Positions 17,903 to 26,749 of a stretch of 64,000 nucleotides of DNA are shown here, piece after piece. This DNA is from Actinomycetota bacterium (GTDB lineage: Bacteria; Actinomycetota; JAHEXW01; JAGVPG01): positions 17,969 to 81,968 of the forward strand of contig JAGVPG010000021.1 of NCBI GenBank assembly GCA_020052375.1, in the 5' to 3' direction. Each line of letters opens with the position of its first letter. Positions within the stretch are counted from its first letter, which is position 1. A model generated the notes under the pieces. That model saw nothing but the letters and a program-made list of their open reading frames with translations. It searched no databases and was not told the DNA's origin. A program made the translations under genes and the position numbers.

Positions 17903-17993
17903 CAATCCAGCTTAACGAGAATGTAACTTAACTCCTCACTCCATACTCAATTCCTGTAAACTATTATCAATACTCATTTAAGAAGGAGGCTAT

Positions 17994-18986
17994 TTGCATA
18001 GCTTTAACTGGGTCGATATCGTCATAGTCATTGCTTTTTTTCTTTATATCTACTACAGGTACGACCGGGGAGTATTCTCGCATCTTTTTATTTTGACAGG
18101 CCTTCTTGTGATGCTGATGATCGCATTCCTGGCTTATCCCTTGCTGGCAGGTTTCATGATCGACCAGCGTGGAGTCTTCAGGAATATCGCCAACGCCGGC
18201 GCCTTCGTGGCGCTCTTTACCGGCGGCCAACTGGGGTACCTTGCTCTCCTAAGCCCTTATATCAAGGACCTTAGGGAAAAGAAGCTTAAAGGTTCTCTCA
18301 TGCTTAAGAAGTTCGATAAACCGTTGGGTGTTATACCTGCGGTTTTGGCTATGACTATCGTGACATCAGTCGTGTTGTCTGTCATTGTCGCCATCCCGGC
18401 CAGTGAGCGCTTCAAGATCGATATCACTCATTCGTTGATCGGAGGACAGTTGTTTGTTCTAAGCGTAAACGCCACAGGAAAAGTGGAGACGAAGATAGGA
18501 CGTCCGGCCGGCGACCGGCTTGTATTTGTCGTGCCTGTCGAGAAGCGGGTGGTGAAGAAGGAAGAGACGCTGCTTATGCCCAAGGTGACGTTTCACCTTG
18601 ATAACGTAGCGGGAGACGAACAGGAGATGCTTTATCTGGTCAACCTGGAACGCCAGAGAAGAGATCTTAAACCCCTTGTCATGGACAAGAAAATAAGGGA
18701 TGTCGCCAGATGGCATAGCAACGAGATGTGGAGCTTGCAGTACTTTGCTCATGATTCTCCTATATCCGGATCACCTTTTAAGAGGATGAAAAGCGCGGGA
18801 GTGGATTTTGGAGCGGCCGGAGAGAACATAGCTCTGGCGCCGGATGTATACATGGCGCACCAGGGATTCATGAACAGCCCGTCGCATAAAGAAAACATAT
18901 TGAATCCGGATTTCAGAAGGATAGGGATAGGCGTTGTGAGCGCAGGCGTTAACGGAGAGATGTTTACGCAGGACTTCGCCGATTAG
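17994..18986 (+). CDS. CvpA-like membrane domain fused to extracellular CAP/SCP (YkwD-like) domain
   Basis: AAGGAGG then TTG; 4 TM N-terminus; C-terminal HSNEM..YFAH..GENIA..HQGFMNSPSHKENIL. Confidence 0.7.
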   Translation: MHSFNWVDIVIVIAFFLYIYYRYDRGVFSHLFILTGLLVMLMIAFLAYPLLAGFMIDQRGVFRNIANAGAFVALFTGGQLGYLALLSPYIKDLREKKLKGSLMLKKFDKPLGVIPAVLAMTIVTSVVLSVIVAIPASERFKIDITHSLIGGQLFVLSVNATGKVETKIGRPAGDRLVFVVPVEKRVVKKEETLLMPKVTFHLDNVAGDEQEMLYLVNLERQRRDLKPLVMDKKIRDVARWHSNEMWSLQYFAHDSPISGSPFKRMKSAGVDFGAAGENIALAPDVYMAHQGFMNSPSHKENILNPDFRRIGIGVVSAGVNGEMFTQDFAD

Positions 18987-19780
18987 CGGCGGCGGAAGAG
19001 TAGGGAGAGCATGAAGAACGTCATCGACCAGATGACGATCGTCGGGCCGGAAGGCGTATCAAGATAGTATGAGGATATCAGGCCGCCGATAGAACTGATG
19101 ATCCCGACGACGACCGAGATCAAGAGCATCTGTTTGAAACTACCCGCGATATTCCTGGCGACCGAGGCGGGGATGATTATGAGCGAACTGACCAGGATTA
19201 CTCCGAATATGCGTATGCTGGCGGCGATCGCGGATGCGAGAAGGACCATGAAAAGGTAATCGTAAAGCCGCACCCGCTCCTGGCTTACCATAGCCAGATC
19301 CGGGTTGAACGACACGCCGAGCAGTTCCTCGAGAAAGATAAACAAAGCCGCCGCTACAAGGACGCATAATATCGCCGAGAATACGATATCTATCGTTCCG
19401 ACACCGAGGATATCTCCGAAAAGAAACTGGAATAGGTCGACACGAAGCCCCTTAAGAAACCCGATGATAAGAACACCGGCGGCGGTAGCGGAGGCGAATA
19501 AGACCCCAAGAAGGATGTCTTCAGTCAGCTCCGTCATCTCACGCAGTCTTTTTACCCACAGGGCGGCGGCGATGCAGAAGACGATGGCGGAAAAGAACGG
19601 GTTGATGCCAAGAAGAAGGCCCAGGGCTATCCCCGCGAGGGCGGAGTGAGAGATCGCGTCAGAGAAAAAAGTGAGGCGTCGCAGGATGACGAATGTGCCG
19701 AGGAGAGCGCCGACTCCGCTGATCATCACGCCGGATATCAAGGCTCTTTGCATAAACGAGTATGCCAGAAAATCAAACAA
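18983..19780 (-). CDS. metal (Zn/Mn) ABC transporter permease
   Basis: ZnuB/TroC-like FMQRAL..; probable TTG start 1 nt after the ATPase TAG with GAGGAG RBS (the ORF track gives ATG 19828). Confidence 0.85.
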   Translation of the reverse strand: MFDFLAYSFMQRALISGVMISGVGALLGTFVILRRLTFFSDAISHSALAGIALGLLLGINPFFSAIVFCIAAALWVKRLREMTELTEDILLGVLFASATAAGVLIIGFLKGLRVDLFQFLFGDILGVGTIDIVFSAILCVLVAAALFIFLEELLGVSFNPDLAMVSQERVRLYDYLFMVLLASAIAASIRIFGVILVSSLIIIPASVARNIAGSFKQMLLISVVVGIISSIGGLISSYYLDTPSGPTIVIWSMTFFMLSLLFRRR

Positions 19781-19781
19781 C

Positions 19782-20510
19782 CTAAGTCTCCTCGTGATCT
19801 TTATGATGATAAGGGGTGGCCATCTCAAGGAATACCTTGTTCATCACCTCGGCGGTCAATGCCACTTCGGGGACGCCGAAGCAGAGTTTGCGCTTATTTA
19901 AGCACAGGACCTTGTTCGAGGCCCTGTAAACGAAATCGATATCGTGAGAAACGAGGACGAGCGTCAACCCCCGCGTTTTATGCAGGTTGTCTATCAGATG
20001 GTATATGGTCTGCTCGCCGCCTATATCGACTCCGGCTGAAGGTTCGTCAAGATAAACGATATCAGGATCGCCTGCCAGACTGGCGGCGATAAGGACTCTT
20101 TGAAGTTGCCCGCCGGAAAGATCCCCGATCTTCTTCAGTCCGAGGTCGGCCACTCCGACCTCATCGAGCAGAGTCGATATCTTCTGTTTGCCTTCTTTTG
20201 AAGGAAAGATGATGCGGTCATGTGATTGCATGAGCATGAATTCTTCAACGGTCATCGGGAAATTGCGGTCGAATTCGAGTTTCTGCGGGGCGTAGCCTGT
20301 CTTAAGGCCCTTCTTAAAGACGATATCTCCTGAAGCCGGTTTCAGTATCCCGAGGAGAGTCTTGATAAGGACGGTCTTGCCGGCTCCATTGGGCCCGATG
20401 ACGGCGACGATATCTCCGCGCTCGATGGTAAAGCTTATATCGTCAAGGACCGTATGTTCCCCGAACGTGACGTAAAGGTTTTTGACTTCGACCAGGTTCA
20501 AAAGAGTCAC
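19782..20510 (-). CDS. metal ABC transporter ATP-binding protein
   Basis: GPNGAGKT, LSGGQLQR, LDEP; probable GTG start in a GTGA overlap with the SBP stop. Confidence 0.85.
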   Translation of the reverse strand: MTLLNLVEVKNLYVTFGEHTVLDDISFTIERGDIVAVIGPNGAGKTVLIKTLLGILKPASGDIVFKKGLKTGYAPQKLEFDRNFPMTVEEFMLMQSHDRIIFPSKEGKQKISTLLDEVGVADLGLKKIGDLSGGQLQRVLIAASLAGDPDIVYLDEPSAGVDIGGEQTIYHLIDNLHKTRGLTLVLVSHDIDFVYRASNKVLCLNKRKLCFGVPEVALTAEVMNKVFLEMATPYHHKDHEET

Positions 20511-21412
20511 TCCAGTGCTTCTTTCAGATGTCCCAGGTTTTTCCTCATAGTCTTTTCCCAATAATCCTCTTTTAGTTCACCCGTTTCAATAGGATCCAGT
20601 ACGAGCACCTTTATGCCGAGGTCGCGAGCCAGGGAATCGACGACTTTGGAAGAGAACTGGGGTTCCCTGAAGATGGCCTTGATCTTTTTTTCTTTGATGA
20701 TATTGGATATCTCGGCCAGGCTTCTAGGGTTAGGTTCTTTTCCCGGAGACGGCTCGATAACGGCGATCTGGTCGAGACCGTACCGGTCGCTGAGATAGAT
20801 GAAAGCGGAATGGAAAGAAACGAAGTCTTTTCTCGAAAAACCGGAGACGGTATGTTCGATCTCCGCGTCCAGTGCCTTGATCCTCTTTATATAGGCGGCG
20901 GCGTTTCTTTTATAGGCGTCTTTGTTTTTCGGGTCTTTCTTTATCAGACCGTCGCGGATGTTTTCGACTTGTTTTTCGGCTCTTACCGGGTCGAGCCAGA
21001 TATGGACGTCGACGGTACCCGAAGTCTTCAAGGCGTGAATGCCTTTACTTGTATCGATGATGGTCACATCCTGGTTGGCGGCGTTGTTAAGGAGGTTGTC
21101 CAACCACATCTCGGCGCCGAGCCCGCTTTTCACGACCACATCTGCGTCGGAGATCTTCTTGACATCCGAGGGTTTGAACTGATACTCGTGGACACCGACG
21201 CCGGGAGGAACAAGGTTGGTGACATCTGCTGCATCACCGGCGACGTTCTTGGTGAATATGTACATGACGAGGAATGTAGTAGTCACTTTGAGTTTCCCGG
21301 TAGGTTTGGATGATGTAGTCGTACAGCCGGGAAGGGCACAGAGAAGGATCAAAGCTGACACGACTATAGCGATGACGGAGATCGCGGCCGGTCTTGTATA
21401 AATCCTATTCAT
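20507..21412 (-). CDS. metal ABC transporter substrate-binding lipoprotein (ZnuA/TroA family)
   Basis: Lipobox LPGC; cluster 9 SBP-like sequence with HEYQFKP, HIWLDP. Confidence 0.85.
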   Translation of the reverse strand: MNRIYTRPAAISVIAIVVSALILLCALPGCTTTSSKPTGKLKVTTTFLVMYIFTKNVAGDAADVTNLVPPGVGVHEYQFKPSDVKKISDADVVVKSGLGAEMWLDNLLNNAANQDVTIIDTSKGIHALKTSGTVDVHIWLDPVRAEKQVENIRDGLIKKDPKNKDAYKRNAAAYIKRIKALDAEIEHTVSGFSRKDFVSFHSAFIYLSDRYGLDQIAVIEPSPGKEPNPRSLAEISNIIKEKKIKAIFREPQFSSKVVDSLARDLGIKVLVLDPIETGELKEDYWEKTMRKNLGHLKEALE

Positions 21413-21471
21413 ACGGTAATTCTACATAAAGGTAAAATTGCTGTCACGGAAAGTTTCAATTATACTTGCAA

Positions 21472-22911
21472 ATGAGCATGAATAAGCGTTTGAGCCCCAC
21501 ATATCTGATACTCGCGTATGCCATCGGAATGATATTGGTCATCGTGGGTTGTACAAGTGGTTCGTTCTCCGGAAAGAACCTCCGCAAGAAGCAGAAACTC
21601 GTCGGCCCTAAACTGTATCAGACCGATAGAGTCCTGGTCATAGCACCGCATCCCGATGATGAGACGATAGCGCCTGCCGGCCTGATACAGGAATGCCTCA
21701 AGAGGAAGATCCCGGTCAAAGTCGTGCTGATGAACAACGGTGATGGTTATAGACGATGCGCCATAATCAATTTCAAGACCCTGGAGCCGACAATAGAAGA
21801 TTACAAACGTCTGGGATATATCCGGCACCAGGAGAGCTTGAACGCGATGACATCCTTAGGATTGAGCGAGAAGGATGTGATCTATCTTTCTTATGCGGAC
21901 GGATCCACGAATTCATTGTTTGAAAAGAACTGGGATTATAGTGATCTGCACAAAGGGACAAACGGTGATACGCACGCTACATATCCTTTTGCCTACGAAC
22001 CGGACGCTCCATACTGCGGCGAAAACGTGGTGAAAGATCTACAGCAGATCTTTGATGACCTTAAGCCGAATGTCGTCATATATCCCGATCCTGAGGACGA
22101 CCACCATGATCACTGGGCGACGAGCGCTTTCGTGGAATATGTAGTGAGTAAGATCAAGTACGACGGCCGGCAATATACATATCTGGTCCATAAGGGATTC
22201 GACTGGCCGTTCCCGTGGTTATACTCACCGGAGAGCACTCTTGAACCGCCTCCGGAGCTGGTAGGGCTCGATGCGCGATGGTTGCGGTTCAAGATCACGA
22301 CGGACGAAGAACAGAAGAAGGAGACGGCCCTGGGCATGTATGAAAGCCAGAAACTGATGGCCGAACCCTTCCTTAAAGCGTTTGTGAGAACGAACGAGCT
22401 CTTCGCATGCTATCCGGATATCGTCTTACCTCCGGTAAAGAAGGAGCCCGATTTCTTCAAAGGAAGGATAATGCCCAGCGTAGCGTTCAGGGATCCCGCG
22501 AAGGATGCGCTCACCAGGGAACTGGAAGGTTTCGGCGATATCATAGAAGTCAGCTTCGCCTATGATAGAAAGAAGGTATGGATGGCTTTAGAAACAAGAA
22601 GAGGGATAGCGCCGGACATCGTCTATGGATACCATGTAAGGATCTTCAAAGGAGACGATATAAAGCGGATCGACGTAAACGCAAAAGAGAAGGTGGCAAG
22701 GATCGGGAAAGAGGCATCGAACAGCATTTTCATAGACAAACAGGTACCTATGAAGACGATGAACAACAGGATGGTGATAGAGCTGCCGTATTCGTATTTC
22801 GACAACGCCGATGTAGTCATGTTGAATGTGGACTCATTCAATTCGCAGGACGGCAACCATAGAAGGATAGACCGGACCGCCTGGAGACGACTCTATTTAG
22901 ATAACAGATAA
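21472..22911 (+). CDS. PIG-L/LmbE family deacetylase with extra C-terminal domain
   Basis: VLVIAPHPDDETI, HHDHWAT; N-terminal anchor or lipobox VGCTSG. Confidence 0.75.
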   Translation: MSMNKRLSPTYLILAYAIGMILVIVGCTSGSFSGKNLRKKQKLVGPKLYQTDRVLVIAPHPDDETIAPAGLIQECLKRKIPVKVVLMNNGDGYRRCAIINFKTLEPTIEDYKRLGYIRHQESLNAMTSLGLSEKDVIYLSYADGSTNSLFEKNWDYSDLHKGTNGDTHATYPFAYEPDAPYCGENVVKDLQQIFDDLKPNVVIYPDPEDDHHDHWATSAFVEYVVSKIKYDGRQYTYLVHKGFDWPFPWLYSPESTLEPPPELVGLDARWLRFKITTDEEQKKETALGMYESQKLMAEPFLKAFVRTNELFACYPDIVLPPVKKEPDFFKGRIMPSVAFRDPAKDALTRELEGFGDIIEVSFAYDRKKVWMALETRRGIAPDIVYGYHVRIFKGDDIKRIDVNAKEKVARIGKEASNSIFIDKQVPMKTMNNRMVIELPYSYFDNADVVMLNVDSFNSQDGNHRRIDRTAWRRLYLDNR

Positions 22912-22927
22912 CAGGGAACAGGGAACA
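22900..22927 (+). repeat. 7-nt tandem array GATAACA x2, GGGAACA x2
   Basis: Read directly; spans the TAA stop at 22909-22911. Confidence 0.9.
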
Positions 22928-22935
22928 GTAGATCT

Positions 22936-22962
22936 ATGTAGCAGCCGACCTTCAGGTCGGCT
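22936..22962 (+). repeat. copy of ATGTAGC-N-GCCGACC-TTCA-GGTCGGC hairpin element
   Basis: 25 of 26 nt identical to 17784-17809, same orientation. Confidence 0.85.
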
Positions 22963-23035
22963 TCCCTCAAGTATCGTCGCGAGTAATGAGCAGGTAACGT
23001 TCTTGCTGATATAATAAGCAATACAAAAGACAGAA

Positions 23036-23111
23036 CGGGCGGTGGCGCAGCTTGGTTTAGCGCACCGGACTGGGGGTCCGGAGGTCGCGGGTTCGAATCC
23101 CGCCCGCCCGA
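23036..23111 (+). tRNA. tRNA-Pro (anticodon GGG)
   Basis: Acceptor CGGGCGG/CCGCCCG, D-stem GCGC/GCGC, anticodon stem CCGGA/TCCGG with loop CTGGGGG, T-arm GCGGG-TTCGAAT-CCCGC; CCA encoded at 23112-23114. Confidence 0.92.
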
Positions 23112-23210
23112 CCATCCTTCGCGGTGAGACTCCGGCTTAAAAGCCTCCGTCTTTATACTTGCTACGGATGGCAGGCCATTCTTTGTTTAAGAAATGAGCG
23201 AAGGATGGTC
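23110..23210 (+). repeat. 13-bp inverted repeat that includes the tRNA 3' end
   Basis: GACCATCCTTCGC (23110-23122) / GCGAAGGATGGTC (23198-23210). Confidence 0.8.
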
Positions 23211-23270
23211 GCCCTTCGTAGCCGTTAAAGCCGGAGCGTTAGCGGAGGCTAGCGAGTGGCGTAGAAGGGC
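23211..23270 (+). repeat. hairpin-bounded partial copy of the GTAGCCG...GAGCGTTAGCG element
   Basis: GCCCTTC/GAAGGGC stem; GAGCGTTAGCG at 23234-23244 is identical to 17829-17839. Confidence 0.7.
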
Positions 23271-23508
23271 AAAACAAAACCAATAGACTCACACTACTCA
23301 CAAACCCTCACGTCAGCTCTCAATGGAGATAATTTTTAACAGCCTCGCTTAAGAGAAAAAGCAGCTTTCCCGCAAAACAATCCAAAACAGACTTAAATAG
23401 ACAGAACTGGACAGAAGCTGGATGTGATGTTTCTACAGGTCAATCGAGCTGTGCTACAATAAGTCGTAACAGGGCGAAACACTAAGATGCATACAGATAG
23501 GAATAGCT

Positions 23509-24357
23509 ATGGAGGTCTCAAGGCCGGGGCGACAGATAAACTACCGGGACATACGGCTCATGCTCTGGATATCTTTCATTGCGTTCACTCTTATATGTTT
23601 CAGCTTTTCCATGTTCGATGTGACGTTTAAGATAAAGGAATTCTTCAGGAACGTGGCTTATTACGGGGCCACGCTTCTTGCGTTAAGCGGGACGTTTCTT
23701 GCCGGGATGCGGTCGGAGAAGCAGCAAAGAAGACTATGGCTGACGCTCTCCGCGGCGATCCTCGTCTGGAGTCTCGGTGATTCGTATATCGGGTTCCAGC
23801 AGTTTTTTACAGGCCTAAAGGGGATAACAAGGCCTTCTGCAGCTGACGCTTTATACGTAGTGGCATATATCCTCTTTGTGACGGTGGCATATTTCTTTGC
23901 GCGCATATCCAAGACAAAGACACCGAGACGCAGAAAGATAGACATCCAGTATGTTCTGTGCTGGTCCGGTCTGTTTGTGGCCAGCGTCATCATAGCTTGG
24001 GGCATGATATTGAACCCGATCTACCAGTCGGTTGCCGGAGGTACCAGGATAGGCATACTGGAAGAGTTGTATCCGATCCTGGACATAGCGATTGTCGTCA
24101 GTTTATTAGGTAAATACTTCAAGGAGCCGTCAACATTCTGGGAGAAGTCGGAGGTCTACATAGTCATAGGTGTGACCACCTTTATGGTGGCGGATATCGT
24201 ATATCATTTTCTGGCCATAACGGGCGCCTACAGAGTCCAGAACCTGATGGCGAATGTCTTGTGCATCATATGGTTGATGGGAGATTACATAATATTCATG
24301 GGCGCCTTATATAAGATAGCCTGGGATAATTACAATAAAGCGCATTACACCGCTTGA
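23509..24357 (+). CDS. polytopic membrane hypothetical protein
   Basis: 282-aa ORF with about 7 hydrophobic helices. Confidence 0.5.
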   Translation: MEVSRPGRQINYRDIRLMLWISFIAFTLICFSFSMFDVTFKIKEFFRNVAYYGATLLALSGTFLAGMRSEKQQRRLWLTLSAAILVWSLGDSYIGFQQFFTGLKGITRPSAADALYVVAYILFVTVAYFFARISKTKTPRRRKIDIQYVLCWSGLFVASVIIAWGMILNPIYQSVAGGTRIGILEELYPILDIAIVVSLLGKYFKEPSTFWEKSEVYIVIGVTTFMVADIVYHFLAITGAYRVQNLMANVLCIIWLMGDYIIFMGALYKIAWDNYNKAHYTA

Positions 24358-24397
24358 GATATTTGATGGAGCGGGGCACTTGATATAACATGGACGT

Positions 24398-26710
24398 ATG
24401 TCCGAGTATCATTATGCCCATGTCGTAATAGATATCCCTGTACTTAAGATCGATCATCCCTTCGAGTACAAAATACCTCAAACAATGATGTCAAAGATAA
24501 AGATCGGATCGACGGTGTTATGTCCGTTCGGAACGGGACATCAGCTTGGTTATGTCGTCGACCTGGTAGACGAGCCGGAGTTCTTAAAAAAACACTCTTC
24601 ATTGCGAGACATGCTTGATGAACATCCTGTCTTCAATCCGGATATCGTAAAAACAGCCAGGTTTGTCGCGGACCGCTATCTTTCCACGATGGGAGAGGTC
24701 TTGCGGATGGCATTGCCGCCGGGAAGGGGCAGGAGGCTGAAGCGGACGGTCATCGAAAAGGATGGCGGGGGGAAAGAGGTCGAATACAGTTTAACTAAAC
24801 CTAAGGTAGACATTAAGCATGAAGTTTATGCCCGGCTTTCCATACCATACGATCAAGCTTTCCGCCAAGTATCCCATACTGGTCGTTCGATAAGGCAGGA
24901 AAGGACTATCGAGGCGCTAAAACAAGGTGAGATTCCGGTACATAAGCTCAGGTCATATACGGGAGCAGCGATGAGTACGCTCAAGACTCTCGAGAGTAAG
25001 AAGGTAATCGAATTGTACAAAGTCGAGACATACCGGGAACCGGATTTTCACTATCCTGAAGAACTGGCGCTGGACCTCGTCCTGACGAAAGAGCAAGCGT
25101 ATGCGGTCGATCGGATCACCGGATCAATAGACGACATAAGACCGGATGTGTTCTTGCTTCAGGGGGTGACAGGCAGCGGAAAGACAGAGGTGTATCTGAG
25201 GGCGATGGAACACGCTTTGAAGAAGGGAAAGTCGGCGATCGTGCTGGTGCCGGAGATAGCGCTTACTCCTCAAACGGTAAGCCGGTTCAGGGCAAGGTTC
25301 GGAGATCTTGTGGCCGTGCTGCATAGCGGTCTAGGAACGGGCGAGAGATACGACCAGTGGAGGCGGATATACGAAGGGCGATGCAAGGTGGTCGTAGGCG
25401 CGCGGTCCGCGTTATGGGCTCCCGTAAAGGACTGCGGCCTGATCGTCATAGATGAAGAACAGGAGCATACATATAAACAGGACCGCAATCCGAGGTATCA
25501 CGCAAGGGAAGCGGCGATAGCTCGGGCACGGGCTTCGAAAGCGGCATTGGTCCTGGGAAGCGCAACGCCTTCCGTCGAATCAAAGTACAAGGCGGAGAAA
25601 GGGATATACGAGCTTCTTAGACTTACTAAAAGAGTGGAAGAAAGGGCGATGCCTAGAATAGAGATCGTAGATATGAGGATCGAGGTCCAGGATGGGAACA
25701 AGAGCATATTCAGTAAACGGCTTGTTAGAGAGATAAAGAAGACTGTCGATACGTCGAACAAGGCGATAATATTCTTGAACAGGCGCGGCTACTCGAACTA
25801 CGTCATGTGCCAGGAGTGCGGGATGATATTCAGCTGCCCGAGGTGCGCTGTTTCATTGACGTACCATAGCGATACCAATACTATAAGATGTCACCACTGT
25901 GACCATTCGGAGCCGGCACCCGTGAACTGCACAGAGTGCAAAGGAAACAGGCTTGTATATTACGGAGTCGGCACGGAGAGAGTCGAGCGGGAACTAAGAA
26001 GCCTCTTTCCCGACACACCTGTGACGCGAATGGATACGGATACGACGGCGAGGCGTGACGCTCACCGCAAGATGCTGCTTGAGTTCCGGCGCAAACCGGC
26101 GGGGATACTTTTAGGAACCCAGATGATCGCCAAAGGTCTTGATTTTCCTGATGTCACATTGGTCGGCGTCGTAAGCGCGGACACCGCGTTGGCTCTTCCG
26201 GATTTCAGGGCATCGGAAAGGACTTTTCAACTGCTGATGCAGGTAGCGGGCAGAGCGGGACGCGGACTGCAGCCGGGATCGGTCATCGTGCAGACATATA
26301 ATCCCGACAACTACGCGATACAGGCATTGATAACGGGGGATTACGACCATTTCTACGAACAGGAGATAACGCTACGCGATGCGCTCCAATACCCGCCTTT
26401 TACCGATCTGATAAACATAGGCATATCGGCGCGAAACAGCGAAACATGCGAGAATGAGGCGGTGCGGATCGGCGATATGTTTGTCAAAGACAAGGCGGAA
26501 GGTAGACTCAAAGGAATACTGGAGATACTCGGGCCGGTTCCGGCTCCGATCCCAAGATTAAAAGGCAGATACAGATGGCATATACTGCTTAAAGTCACAG
26601 ATCTGGAAAAGGCAACGGCTTTCATCAAGGCGGATCTCGATGTCATCCTGCCAAGGAAGAAAAAAGATATAACGGTTGCGATAGATGTGGATCCGGTATC
26701 GCTGTTATGA
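24398..26710 (+). CDS. priA: primosomal replication-restart helicase PriA
   Basis: GVTGSGKTEVY, DEEQEHTYKQ, Cys-rich insert CQECG..CPRC..CHHC..CTEC. Confidence 0.9.
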   Translation: MSEYHYAHVVIDIPVLKIDHPFEYKIPQTMMSKIKIGSTVLCPFGTGHQLGYVVDLVDEPEFLKKHSSLRDMLDEHPVFNPDIVKTARFVADRYLSTMGEVLRMALPPGRGRRLKRTVIEKDGGGKEVEYSLTKPKVDIKHEVYARLSIPYDQAFRQVSHTGRSIRQERTIEALKQGEIPVHKLRSYTGAAMSTLKTLESKKVIELYKVETYREPDFHYPEELALDLVLTKEQAYAVDRITGSIDDIRPDVFLLQGVTGSGKTEVYLRAMEHALKKGKSAIVLVPEIALTPQTVSRFRARFGDLVAVLHSGLGTGERYDQWRRIYEGRCKVVVGARSALWAPVKDCGLIVIDEEQEHTYKQDRNPRYHAREAAIARARASKAALVLGSATPSVESKYKAEKGIYELLRLTKRVEERAMPRIEIVDMRIEVQDGNKSIFSKRLVREIKKTVDTSNKAIIFLNRRGYSNYVMCQECGMIFSCPRCAVSLTYHSDTNTIRCHHCDHSEPAPVNCTECKGNRLVYYGVGTERVERELRSLFPDTPVTRMDTDTTARRDAHRKMLLEFRRKPAGILLGTQMIAKGLDFPDVTLVGVVSADTALALPDFRASERTFQLLMQVAGRAGRGLQPGSVIVQTYNPDNYAIQALITGDYDHFYEQEITLRDALQYPPFTDLINIGISARNSETCENEAVRIGDMFVKDKAEGRLKGILEILGPVPAPIPRLKGRYRWHILLKVTDLEKATAFIKADLDVILPRKKKDITVAIDVDPVSLL

Positions 26711-26717
26711 TAAGAGC

Positions 26718-26745
26718 TGAAGGATGAAGGAGAGCGGAAGAGAAG
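26718..26745 (+). repeat. purine-rich 7-nt array TGAAGGA x2, GAGCGGA, AGAGAAG
   Basis: Read directly between the priA stop and the def start. Confidence 0.75.
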
Positions 26746-26749
26746 GGCA

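Noticed and set aside
21413-21465. A Zur/Fur-family operator between the divergent znuA-like and PIG-L genes.
   Set aside because: I found only a 5-bp AATTG...CAATT symmetry and a TATAAT (minus strand). Nothing resembles the Zur or Fur consensus sequences I know well enough to call.
22897-23115. A 72-aa minus-strand ORF (MVGRAGFEPATSGPP...).
   Set aside because: It is the reverse complement of the tRNA-Pro gene and its flanks. The FEPAT peptide is the usual antisense reading of a tRNA T-arm.
22912-23508. An integrated mobile element or genomic island at tRNA-Pro.
   Set aside because: There is no integrase, excisionase, transposase or phage gene within the window. There is no direct repeat of the tRNA 3' end, only an inverted one. 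The neighbouring genes are ordinary housekeeping genes.
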